A model generated the notes under the pieces. It searched no databases and was not told the DNA's origin. It saw only the letters and a program-made list of their open reading frames with translations. The position numbers and the translations under genes are program-made. From Thelocarpon superellum (Eukaryota), in NCBI GenBank assembly GCA_026025795.1, contig JAPEUG010000006.1, forward strand, positions 62,001 through 114,866: 52,866 bases of DNA. The letters are read 5' to 3'. Shown in pieces: positions 12,311 through 24,156 of this stretch (its first letter is position 1; each line of letters opens with the position of its first letter).

Positions 12311-13368
12311 GATGTGTGTAAATCGATGGTATATCAATGGAAGAGCGGATGAATGCGGGAAGAATTAAGTACAATAAATTCTTAACCGCAATGGTGGACG
12401 TTGACTGAATGCTTCGAGTGATCATGAGAACGATCGGACTAAATCGACTTTCGTCCAGCTTGCCTTTATAGTAGGCTGCATCTCTCAGATCAGGTTTTAT
12501 CCAGGGGCCACAATAGTTGCTTGGGGCGTTGAAGTCATGAGAACATCCATCCGCGTCTGGTGCGGGACTCGGAACTGCTGTTCCTCCGCATCTCGAGCGG
12601 AGTGGCAAGCCCGGAGCTGATCCTTGCAGATCTACTACAACAATCAGTACTTACTAGTGGTAGGTTCTAGTGCAGCAGTCGACCCGTGAACAGTCAAGAA
12701 GAAGTGAGATACCTCCAGAGACCCTGTTGACTTCGGCCGTATCGCGGCCCCGCTTATCGAATGGGTTTTCACTGTTCCTCCGTTCCCACGTCATGATTGC
12801 AAGACGGTCACATGATCAACCGTACGGCCGGTGGTCGGATATGCTGTACAAACACGCCGGATTGGAACGCCACAACTCGTATTCATGGACGTAGAAGTTG
12901 ATGGTCTTACGAAGGTACTCGCAGGTGATCGCGGCCGTCCATTGGACAAAGTGGTCGAGAGTAGCCCGTTGCCTAGCCGTGGGTATGGTACGCTCCATCG
13001 CGGGGCATGATGGTCCGAAGGGGCCCCTGGTCCCTCAGCCATTTCACCGCAGCTTTAACCGAGGAGCGCACACAACTCTAAAATTCCGGTCCTCGTCCAT
13101 CGAAAGCATCGTAGGACCTCCTCCCGGCGAACAGACAGGGAAGCAGTCTACGACGGTGAGGGTGCATTGGAGCGAGCCACTTGAGCGACGTAAGTGATCT
13201 TTTGTGCGTGACCGGTCAAGCTTCCTCAGGGGCTATTGTCGTATTGGATGGAGCCAAGCGTTGACATTGCCCCCTTCCAGTCTCCCCGCCTCGCTGCGCG
13301 CCTCCAAGAGGCCTTTGAATCACGGAGACCTGAGGGGTCCTGGGTGACGGTGAATCCCACTCGCAATC

Positions 13369-14062
13369 ATGGATCAAGCCAAGCTTGCCAAGATGCAGCA
13401 GTCGGTGCGCATAGGTAAACGCTATCAGCCCTCCCACGTGAATCTGATCCACTTGTTAGCAACACCCTATTAATTGATCATTGCCTTGCAGGGTAAGATC
13501 TCCTTCCAACATCCACAACCCCATTCGATCCAGGCACCTAACATCACTTTTCCCTGCAGAGGTAAAGGGACGCCGCGACGAAAGATGAAGAAGGTCCACA
13601 AGAGCGCTGGCACGGACGACAAGAAGTTACAGGGGGCGTTGAAGAAGCTCAACGTGCAGCCCATCCAGGCCATTGAAGAGGTGAACATGTTCAAGGAAGA
13701 CGGGAATGTGATCCACTTCTCCGCGCCGAAGGGTACGTTGTGTCCAACCCCACGATCTTCTCCGCTCCGACCAGCTTACACCTCCCTTGCTGCACGTAGT
13801 GCATGCCTCCGTACCCGCCAACACGTTTGCGATCTACGGACACGGCGAGGACAAGGAACTGACGGAGCTGGTGCCGGGCATCCTGAATCAACTGGGCCCA
13901 GACTCGCTGGCCTCGCTACGCAAGCTGGCCGAGAGCTATCAGTCGATGCAGAAGAAGGAGGGCGAAGACGGCGCGGACAAGAAGGGCGGCGAGGACGACG
14001 AGGACGATGACGATATCCCCGATCTGGTACCTGGCGCCAGCTTCGACAGCAAGGTTGAGTGA
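13369..14062 (+). CDS. EGD1: Nascent polypeptide-associated complex beta subunit (BTF3/EGD1); exons 13369-13414, 13492 (1 nt), 13560-13732, ~13799-14062
   Basis: [93 protein letters not shown]. Confidence 0.95.
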
Positions 14063-14644
14063 ACGGGATCTTGCTTCGAGCATGGTGGAAGTGGAAGTGG
14101 AGGCGGCCGTGGAGGCGCAGGTAAATGGAGCAAGCGATAAAGGACTCTTTCGATCTCGACGTACGGAGGACGGAGAACGAGGGCGAGAGTGAGGGATTCG
14201 CTTCCATCGCGGTTCATGTACGCAGGACCATGTACGACATATCCTGCTCTACTTGGCGTGACATGACATGGCATGGAACAGGCTGGATATCTCCGCTCAC
14301 GCTACTCTCTCTAATCTCCAACTTTGTTCGCTCTACTCTCCCCGCTTCATCTCATCCATCCGCCAGTTACTTCACCTCGCTCGCTCCTCTGCCCTTCTCT
14401 CTCGCTCTCCTCAGTACGTGAGTGCGTCACGGTGGCGGCCTTGGTGTATGTCACGGGGCTACGAACACAGAATCGTAGAACCTCACGCTCAATACCGACA
14501 AGCGATCACGCACTATTTACGGGCGAATGGAATAGCATCGCGTCGTACTCGTACTAAATCCAACGTTGCTTGGCTCCAGCTACGACACTAGCTCGAGCGC
14601 AGAAGAGGCAAAATGTCGAAAAGTACTTGGCCTCCTTTCCAGCC

Positions 14645-16533
14645 CTACAACTTCGCGGCCGGTCCGACGGTGGTGATCTCGTTGTACAAAAGCCTATGAG
14701 ACACACTAAGTCAGAGTCGTTGTCCCGTCTGTAAAGAGGCGAAGAATGGCCTTACGAGGTCAGGAAGTCGGCATAGTCTTCGCCCGTCACCTGCCCCGCA
14801 AAGTACTGCGCGGCAAGGTGGTACTTGTTGCCCTTGGGCGCCTTGGACGCTAGCTCGTCCGCTTGCTCCTTGAGCAGTTTCTGCGCGTAGGCTTTGTCGA
14901 CGCGCTTGCCCTCAGCGGTGATGACGCTGTGGCGGCACCACTGCCACAGCTGGCTGCGGCTCACTTCGGCCGTCGCTGCGTCCTCCTACGTTGGCTGCGT
15001 AAGAAGGTGGAAGGGGATACTGGCGGGTGTTTACGTACCATTAGGTAGTTGATCGGGACGCAGCCGATACCCTTCAGCCAGCCCTCCATGTAGCCCAGGC
15101 CGATGTTGAGGTTCTTGCGGATGCCCTCCTCCGTCACCTTGCCAGGCACGTTCATGTTCAGCAGGTCGTTGCCTGTGATGTTGACATCTTCCCGTCGTAC
15201 GAAAAGCTGGTTTGGCGTGGGCATGTGTTTGTTGAAGACCTCTGTGGCAATCGCTGCTAGCGCGGGATGAGCCACCCACGTTCCATCGTGCCCCGCACGG
15301 ACTTCGCGCAGTTTATCCGCGTATACGTTGGCCATGGCTGCGTCGTTGGCCCGGGCGTCGTCCTTGATGGGGATCTGCGCCGCCATTCCGCCCTGGTCTC
15401 CGTGTCAGTCTGATTGCCATGCAAGCGGTGCGTCTGCTCCCCACCATCGCATGAACGCCTCGCCGATGGCAGGTCTTGATGAGGAGCTTGACATATGCGT
15501 CCATGAACGGTACCGTCATCGTCACGGCCGATCGATCGGGGAGGACAAAGTTGGAGTTCTGCCGAAATTTCTTAATCACGCTGAAGATGTAGTCCCATCG
15601 CCCGCAGTTGAGACCCGAGCTGTGATCTCGAAGCTCGTAGATGATCTGGGTCGAGGTTAGCCTCTGCTGTCGTATGGTCTTTCAACGCCGCCTACCTCAT
15701 CCATCTCAAATGCGGCCAGGATGGTCTCGATGAGCACGGTGCCGCGGATGGTGCCCCGTGGAATGCCTTGGTAATCCTGCGCGAGGTTGAACGCGTCGTT
15801 CCACAGCCGGGCCTCGAGATGTGACTCCATCTTGGGGAGGTAGAAGTACGGGCCCCGCCCCCGCTTGACCAGCTCTTGGGCATTGTGGAAGAAGTAGAGA
15901 CCGAAATCAAAGAGACTGGCAGAGATGGGCTCGCCATCAACCGTGAAATGCTTCTCCTCCAGGTGCCAGCCGCGAGGGCGGACAATTAGGGTGGGCAAGG
16001 TCCGGTCCGTCCGAAGCTTGTACGCCTTGGGTCCTTGCTTGAAGTCGACCTGTCCGCGAATGGCATCGTAGAGATTCACCTGGCCGTTGAGCATATTGTC
16101 CCAGGTCGGTGCACTCGAATCTGGCCCGGGTCAGCACCATGCCTGCAGACGAGACGTAAAAGTCTCACATACCTTCAAAATCGGCCATGTAGGTCCAGAC
16201 GTTGGCATTCAATGCATTGACCACCATCTTGCGGTCGGTGGGCCCGGTAATCTCCACCCGTCGATCGATCAGACCGGGGGCCGGGGGGGCACCCTTCCAC
16301 GCATCGTTCTCCCGAATATGTCTTGTCTCGGGGAGGAAGTCAGGGAGCGAGCCTCGATCGAGCTCGCTTTGACGGATAACTCGGCGTTGCAGCAAGGTTT
16401 TCCGGGTGAGGTTGAAGGATCGGTGCAACAGGGTCAGAAAGGCCGTGGCCTCCTTGCTCAAGATCTTGCGAGTGGAGACATTCAGCGGACCCAGGATGGT
16501 CACGCCGGTGAGGATGTCATCAACAGTGGCCAT
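14645..16533 (-). CDS. acuE: Malate synthase, glyoxysomal (multi-exon; PTS1 -AKL)
   Basis: [77 protein letters not shown] and [20 protein letters not shown]. The last exon ends GPAAKL*. Confidence 0.96.
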
Positions 16534-16583
16534 AGCTACTGGCGATGCGAGGTGGGATCACAACGTAAGAAGTGGGCACGAGA

Positions 16584-17043
16584 CCGAGGAGGAGGAAGGG
16601 GTGGGTGATTCACGTTCCTGTGGAAGAGGGATCGGTGGTATATGAGGGACGAGGGGAAAATCCAGCCGCGACAGCATTTTCGGATCCCCTCGTCAAGATG
16701 ACTATCATGCTTAATCTAGCGCCGGATCGAGGGATGGTCCATTCGCAATTGACTCCCGCGCGGTCCCTCTCCCCACCTTCGGCTGTTGCTTGATGATACT
16801 CGTCCTCCGTAGACCCCCGCCCTTGACCTACGTCAACCCCATCGCATCACTGTCATCGACCCCGCCCACGACCGCAGGATATGATGCCAACGCTCCGGAT
16901 CACGCTCATCTGCATTCCTTCAAACACATTGTCGACGTCGAGTGCCCGACATCTCGCTGGCCACGCTCTTTTTTGGGGCCCCTCGCGCCGTTCTCGGCCG
17001 ATCACGAGCGCGTAGTGGATGCTTTCGTTGCTCCGGACCTCGG
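16584..17043. promoter_or_regulatory. Candidate carbon-source elements upstream of malate synthase: CCGAGG/CCTCGG (16584-16589, 17038-17043) and CGG-N6-GGA (16723-16734)
   Basis: Matches to the FarA/FarB core (CCTCGG) and a CSRE/FacB-like element. Short motifs in GC-rich DNA, so specificity is weak. Confidence 0.35.
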
Positions 17044-17336
17044 CTAACACATTCCGATCGTATCCGAGACGTGGTTCCGGCGCCGCCCGATTGGCGAATG
17101 AGAGGACACGCAACGTCTCTTACAACGAGTACTTCACCAGGAACCTAGCACACTTTCTTGCAAGTCTCTGGTCGTATCTTGCCGCGCACGACATGCCGTG
17201 GTCTTCAGTGTGATGGAATTAGGGTCATATATAAATGTGCTTTGACATCACGCAGATGTCGGTGCTATTCCCAAAATACAAGATGGTATCTCAGGCGATA
17301 TCGGTCAGAGGAAGGCCGTGTTCCAGATCATCTGGC

Positions 17337-18177
17337 TCAGATGCCTACGCTCTTGTTATCGATCTCTTTGAATCGTTCACGCTCAGCGCGCGTCTTGGCC
17401 AGCATCGCCAAGCACAGGAACAAGATGAAGTCGAGGACTAGGTCATGGCCATCAGTCGACGCGGGGGGAGCGGTGAGCGGCGAGCGGAGCATGCACTTAC
17501 TGTTGATGATGAAGATGGCAACAAAGACCTTGTCAAGGAAGGTATCGGCAAAGTCGCTAAACAGGCCGACACACCCATTACGCTGTGCCGCCTGCAGTGG
17601 ACTAGGACAGGTCACGTCTTTCACGAACGGGGGAGTCGCGGCATCGAGATAGCCGCAGCAGTTGAACTGCGCCGGTTAGCAAGGTAGCCTAGCGATCAAA
17701 GAGCGGGTGGAGACCTTTTGTTGTAGGAGACTTTGCACTTCGCTGGACTGCTGGCCCCATACCGTCAAGAGGCTGGCGCGAATTTTCAAGGTCGAGAACC
17801 AGATATCCAGGCCGATGAAGAGGGTGAAAAGGCAGCAGAAGACGATGGCGTAGGCTTGTACTTGCACCCATAATCGATTTTTCGGAAAGGCCACGATGGG
17901 TATGGCGAGGAGGAAGGTCAGGAAGATGAAGACGGCATTTGCGATGGCAGCTGCGAGTCACATCAGCGACGGCGGATTAACAAGGAGGCCGCGGAGACGC
18001 AGGAGACGCACCATCCAATGGCGCTTGGGCCAGAAGCAGATTCGAGGCAACCGTATCTATGGTGGGTCCATTGGCGATGTTGCTCGTCGTCGTCACCGCC
18101 ACGCCGAAGATGAGTCCGGCCGTGCCGATGAACAGCACCTCGGCGATTATGAAGCAGAGTAGCACTTTGTCCTCCAT
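17337..18177 (-). CDS. PLS1: Fungal tetraspanin Pls1 (4 exons)
   Basis: Four hydrophobic segments; large loop contains LLQQK-FNCCGY..FVKDVTCPS..GCVG; C-terminus RERFKEIDNK. Confidence 0.9.
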
Positions 18178-18701
18178 GACGGAGGCGGCTCGTTGGACCC
18201 TGCCAACGACCAGCGTCGGTTTGGGAAAGGGGACGACCGCAGGCCTCAGGGACCTCGTCCACCACGACACGGACGAGCGTCGGCAAGCAGATCTGGTCGA
18301 GTGAGGCCAAGCATCTTCGCGCGCCAAGCAGGCGATGAGAGAAGCTTGAAGCTAGGCACGCTGCGAGAGAAATAAGAAGCGGAATGGAACAGGAATCTAT
18401 GAGCGAATGCACATAGGTAAGCGTTGCGAGATGGCTCCGCTCTGCGTGGATGACTCGCGTAAGAGAGACAGCGTGTAGCCATCGCTCGAACGAGTCTTGT
18501 CTCAGACCTGCCGCACAAGCGATTCTGTCTATTTATGCGAGTGATCGTCGGCATGCCAGTGATCGTCGGCGTCGAAAAGCGTGGACGCATGATGGCATGA
18601 AGATCATGGCGAGCATGACGGAGCATTCGGTGAAGCGGGCCTCCCCGTGCTCCCGCCGTCTCGTGTGAGATGTCGTGTCCAGGCTCGGCATTGACGTCGG
18701 A

Positions 18702-18717
18702 TTTCCTTGTTGGGAAA
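18702..18717. promoter_or_regulatory. Candidate Mcm1/SRF-type MADS-box site TTTCC-TTGTTG-GGAAA in the PLS1/MCM1 divergent region
   Basis: Pseudo-palindrome matching the extended Mcm1 consensus TTTCC(N6)GGAAA; a TGACGTC core lies immediately upstream (18692-18698). Confidence 0.4.
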
Positions 18718-20944
18718 ATACTGGTCCAGTCCCATGCTATTGCCCGGGACGGTGGGCGTGGTGGGTGATCGCGCATGTGGTTGCCGCTGGGGACTCCGGT
18801 CCTTCACACGCGTCCTCGGTTTTGCCACTATAGCCACCTATGCTAACCTTCGTCCACCACTGGTGGCGGTGGACGAAGGCGGCGTGGGCGGGTAGTGTTG
18901 TCAGACCACACCCCACACACCACACACCACACGTCACTTGTAACAGGGCACCGAACGCGGACGCGGGCGCAGCTTCGAGCACTCGTGCCCTCGTACCCCC
19001 GCGCCTATCGAGCCTTTCCCTCCCGCTAGTACTTCGTACACGGTCGTAGCCGGTGCTGACTCGATGGCGTCTGGAGCCCTAATCCCCCGGGCCCATACGC
19101 GGAGCCGTGCCGACCACCAACGCATATGCGTATGCCCATGCCGTCTGTCGCACAAACATGGTCCGAGTACGGGCACGCTCCTCCTCCTGGTTGCGAGGCA
19201 TGTGACTGGCCAGCGCCGGGGCGGTTGCCGAGCGCCTTACCTAGGCATTCAGTCTCCTAGCACGCATGCGGGCCACCGCTTTTTTTTGCCGTCGCGCGCA
19301 CCGTTCACCTGAAGGTGCGACTCGAAGTAGCCGTAGATCGCCCATAAGAGTGCAAGCTGCCCAGCTCTGTCCCTGTTCAATCCTCTTTTCCCCTTTCGTT
19401 CGCCAGTCATCATTCTGCGAGGCAAATCATACTTCATACGGGCATAGTACTTCGTCCCTGCGGCGCATCTTCGGCCACGCCCATACGAGACTCGCTCCCT
19501 GCGCCCGGCGTCCCTCCGCGGCAGCGTACGCGAAACCCTCCACATTCGCGACGGTGCCCCAGTTGTGCAACCTGTGCGCATCACGAAACCCAGCTGGAAC
19601 TTCGAGGTTTAGGACCACGGGCATTCCACACCGACGCAGACATCGAGTAAGTGCATATCGGCGCGTGGTCGGTCCAGCATGGTGCTCGCCCCCATCATTG
19701 CCCCACCTTCACACTCTCCGCGTCTTCAGTCCTTCCTTTTTGAGCATATTCATGGGCGATGCGGCCTCGCATCAACTTCCCTTTGATCGTTGCGCCCGCG
19801 CGCCACGGCTAGGCTCGGCTGGGCATGGGACGGGCGTGCAAGAGGGCCAATGATGACCCGCCCCCCAGCCGAGTGACTTCCCTTTTTCCTCCTGCTCCCG
19901 ACCTCCCGTTTCCCGTTTCGTGGACTCGCCCTCGTTCTCTCCTCACCATACCACACTGAGCACTCGCCGCCACCCCCCGAAACAGCGAAGACCCCGTTTG
20001 TCACGGCGCGAGCAACGCGACCTTGTCTCCTTCGAGACCCGTTCGCGACCGGTCCGCATCGGAAGCACTTGCTCTCTTCTCTTGTCGCTGTCGACCGTCG
20101 GCTGCACCTGATCGTCCGACCGTTTGCCCGTGCGGCTGCACCGCTGTCCTGCTACGCTGCTGCTGTGGTTGCCGCTGCTGCCGCTGCGGCGGTCCTCGAT
20201 CCTGCTGTGCTCGCTTCTGCTCATTCCATCCCCCGGTACGACACTGGCCCAGATCCCTCCTAGGGCGTATGGGGAAGTGCGCGGCCCTCGGTCGCTCGGT
20301 CGCACTGTTGCACGGTCGCACGCATTCTCGTCACTTGTCTAACCCGGCCGCGGTGACCGTGGCCAGCCCCTCGCTTCCTTGCATTGCCCTTGACCTCGCT
20401 CCTACTGTGCCCCAGTTCCCGCGCACCCACACCGACTCTGCACCCACTCACGTCCTGCGCTTCCCCCCAGCATCCGAACCATCCTCTTTTCACTCATCCG
20501 CAGTAGAGGCTGCCGTCGCCCTTTGCCTGATCAATCATTAATTCGGGTCCCCGTTCAGGAACGAGCGTTGCTCCACACTGTCTACCGACTACGCCGTAAG
20601 CTCTCTCGACCTTTCTGCACACCTCTGCGCGACATCGATACCGTCGTCGCGCCGCCGCCTGCCTGCCGCCCGCACCCCCCTCCCCCCAACGCCCTTGTGC
20701 CCACACGCCCCGTACAACTGCCGTGGCTCGGCTCCCTCGGCGGTGTGATTCGCGACCGCGCTCAACGCCTTGCTCGAAGCAGATTCTCCCACCCACCCCC
20801 CAGCTCGACCCACTCTCCTACGACGGAAGGAGAAAGCCTCAGCAGGGCGACCCCACAATTTCCCCGACGCACGCCCGCATCGAGTAAAGCTCAGGGTCTA
20901 GCAGCCACGGATCGCTGCGCAGCGTCCTCGGCATTTTCATCGCC

Positions 20945-21761
20945 ATGACGGAGATTACGGAGCATGAGCAACAGCCGTCGCCGTCGGCCGCGGATGACGG
21001 CGTCACGGCCGCGGGCAACGGGAACAACGGAAGCCTCCCGCCGACCGACGTCAATCGCGGCGTCAAGCGACCGCGACCCAGCGCCGCGGCCGACGACGAC
21101 GATGACGACGACGACAAGCCCGGTCGCGAGCGACGGAAGATTGAGATCAAGTTCATCCAGGACAAATCGCGGAGGCACATTACCTTTTCGAAGCGAAAGG
21201 CCGGCATCATGAAGAAGGTACGTGCAGACGAGGACGGGAAGACGGGAGGTGTGTGGGCGCGCGAGTCAGCTGCTAACGCGGCGCGGTGGCAGGCCTACGA
21301 ATTGTCGGTGCTCACGGGCACGCAAGTACTGTTGCTGGTGGTGTCTGAGACGGGCCTGGTCTACACCTTCACCACGCCCAAGCTCCAACCGCTGGTGACG
21401 AAGCCCGAAGGAAAGAATCTCATCCAGGTACGACGACGGTGGCGTGGCGACGGTGGTGGGACACGTGCTGACCTTGTCCCAGGCATGTCTGAACGCACCC
21501 GAACCCACGTCGGGCAACGAGAATGGCGTGGAGGGAGAGCCGGTGGTGGAGTCGCCCGAGGAGCCCAGCCACGCGCCGCTCCCGCCACAACACGCGGCGA
21601 TGCCGCGGGCGGGAATGCCGTCCGGGTATATGACGGAACAACAGCAACGACAAGCAATGGCCTATCAAAGCTACATGGCACAACAGCAGCAACAGGTCGC
21701 GCAGGGCAACTACCCCATGCCCCCGCAAGCCGGCATGGCGCAACATCCGCCCCAGGCCTGA
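20945..21761 (+). CDS. MCM1: SRF-type MADS-box transcription factor Mcm1 (3 exons)
   Basis: RERRKIEIKFIQDKSRRHITFSKRKAGIMKK-AYELSVLTGTQVLLLVVSETGLVYTFTTPKLQPLVTKPEGKNLIQ-ACLNAPEP, then a Gln-rich tail. Confidence 0.97.
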
Positions 21762-24156
21762 TGCGCGATGCCACGCCGAGCGGAGTCCTGCCCTCTCCGT
21801 CCCATCTCCCTTGTCACCATTCCTATCTTAATCTGCCGTTCCTCGGTCTCCGATCCGTCCATGGCCTGGGATGGCGTCTGCCTCATCCACCATCCCGCCT
21901 CCGACTACTCACGCAGGCTTCGCAAGGCCAAAAGGTCGCGGGCAAAATCCAAAGTGAACGTGTTTTTCCGGTGTTGGGTCTCGGAGGTGCCATCAGTTGT
22001 CACGTCCCACAGTAGGGGATCTTTCTCTCCACGCTCGTCACGGGGGTGTCAATTGTCCCCTTCCATCTCGTTTCCTCCGTCTGTCCGCCCACCTCCAGCT
22101 CGAGTGAAATTTGTGGATCTGTGTATTGCGGCTTGCTCTCCCCAAACAATCAGCCCGCCTCGCTACCGAGTCTCATGTAGACGCTCTGATACGGGTGCCC
22201 TTGACAAATGATAACGGAAGGTCCGATGCATGATCATGGCCCACGCTCCCTCCATCAATTTCTCCGTACCGTGACGGGACGAAATAACGACCACGTGTGG
22301 CACGTGTGGGCACGTCGGAGTAAGTCTTGTACCCGTCCCCACCAAGCTACTGTTCAAGGTCTAGTGTCCAGCGCCCAATGCTCTTGTGGTGAATACTGGG
22401 TCCTATGGCTTGATTCGAGGGAGCGGCACCATCTCTCCAAACTCGAATCTACCAATACGAGGTTCAAAGTTCGTCGTTGACGTAGGCACCACGGTCCCAA
22501 TTGGTACGAAGGCATCTAGACCCAACTAGGCTCCCTTGCCGATGCTTGACATGTTCTCCCGCCATGCTGAAAGGACGACGCCACACCAAGGTACGAACCG
22601 GCGGACACTGGTCTGCACACACCCAGCTCTTCCATTGAACAGCCAAACACTTTCTGCATCTCAGAGGTGCTCCTTGCAGCTAGATATGTTCCGTGTCCAG
22701 ATGATAGGGATGCTCCGGATGACCCACATAGGAAACTGGAAGGCCCCCATTCGCTGTGCGCACCGTTTGCAGTACCTTACCACCAACAAGAACTAGAATC
22801 TGAGCACTGCGAAAGCGCGCCCGTCGTAAGGGCACTCGCGGCTTCCGAGGCCAGCACTGCTGGCTGATCTTAATCTGGATCGGCGAGGCGTAGACTGATC
22901 CAGGATAGACGCGGCGGGCCAGAGGGCATGTCTTCGTGCAGGCTATTCATTAGGTAGGCTCCTGCCGGTCGCGATGTGAGCGACTGCAGATCACCGCCAG
23001 GTCATTGTGACCAGCGGAAGGTTGGGTGCCGGTTGACACAGGGGAAGCGTGCCGAGTCGTATGAGGGCGAGTAAGCCGAAGCGAGCCGACCACTCAGAAT
23101 GCCTCCGTCTCCGTCTCGGCAGCAGCCAGACGGGTGGGGATGGGCAGGTGACAAAAGTCGAGTGGCTCTGCACGATCTATGTTAGTCCACGGTGGATCAC
23201 GTCAGCGTCTGCGCGAGCTGGTGGTCGGTCAAATTGCGTGCTGAGTATGTTCCTGCCAAGATCATCCATCGTCGCAGAGCTTCCTCATGACCCGGAGACG
23301 CAAAGATGCTCTGGAAGTTGGCATCACGGTTGGATTGAACAGTACAGTGTGCACAATCTTATCCCCGCGGCGGATTGCGAGCGATAAGTGTGGCTGTCGT
23401 CTGGCCTGCTGTGACCAAGATCGTCGGAACATAACACGAAATGGGTTTGCTCACAGGCCTCAGAGACTTCTGTTTGCGTGCTGGCCTTGTCGTGCTCTTG
23501 TCTACTTCAGGCTACCGACGTCGATGGCTCTGATTCATTTGCTATCCAGCCACGAACTCCCACACCCTGACTCTGGGCGGTGGATCATGACTACACATTC
23601 TTGGCTCATTCACTCATTCATCCAGTGCCTCTCGACGTTGGTTCATGACTGCGGTAGTTGATGCTCAAAATAAAGCGTTGATGTTCACTTACCTCCGGGC
23701 ATCTATTTCGTTTCTTTTACAGCGGCGATTATACCCTCCTTAGGCCATGTGGCTTTCTGGTGTTGCAACAATCCTCTTGGTGTGGTCGGCGGTTTCGGCG
23801 CCGGCTGTGTAAGCAAGCTTCGCCGACTATGGACATGCACATACTCTTCTATTCTATTCTCTTCCACGTCTACAACTGGTCCCGTTGGGCGGTGTATGAT
23901 GTCGTTATTGGTTATGTCAGGGTTCCAACAATCAAACAATCCCTGTAAACGGTCCATTCAGGGGAAATCCGCGCCACATGCTATCGCTCATACCTACCTA
24001 CGCTATGGACAAGTGACAGGTCAAATCGCTAGATGGGATGCGTGAAAATTCTTCGAAAAGGGAGACGAGAGACGAGAGGAGGTTCACCAGCATGCTAAGT
24101 GTCACACTAGTAGGAGGAGGAGGAGGTGTAGAAACTCGAGATGCGCGTCAAAGCGG

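Noticed and set aside
12609..13368. Short ORFs between the SDR and EGD1 (e.g. 12816-12998 minus)
   Set aside because: Somewhat protein-like but short, with no recognisable family or coherent splice structure.
8180..16533. NDUFA2, MPC2, thioesterase, SDR and malate synthase as a metabolic gene cluster
   Set aside because: Ordinary housekeeping genes with no backbone enzyme, shared pathway or cluster regulator.
21762..24156. Possible hidden gene between MCM1 and the NIPA-like gene (e.g. 23703-23957 minus)
   Set aside because: No recognisable domain or consistent exon chain; compatible with long 3' UTRs or intergenic DNA.
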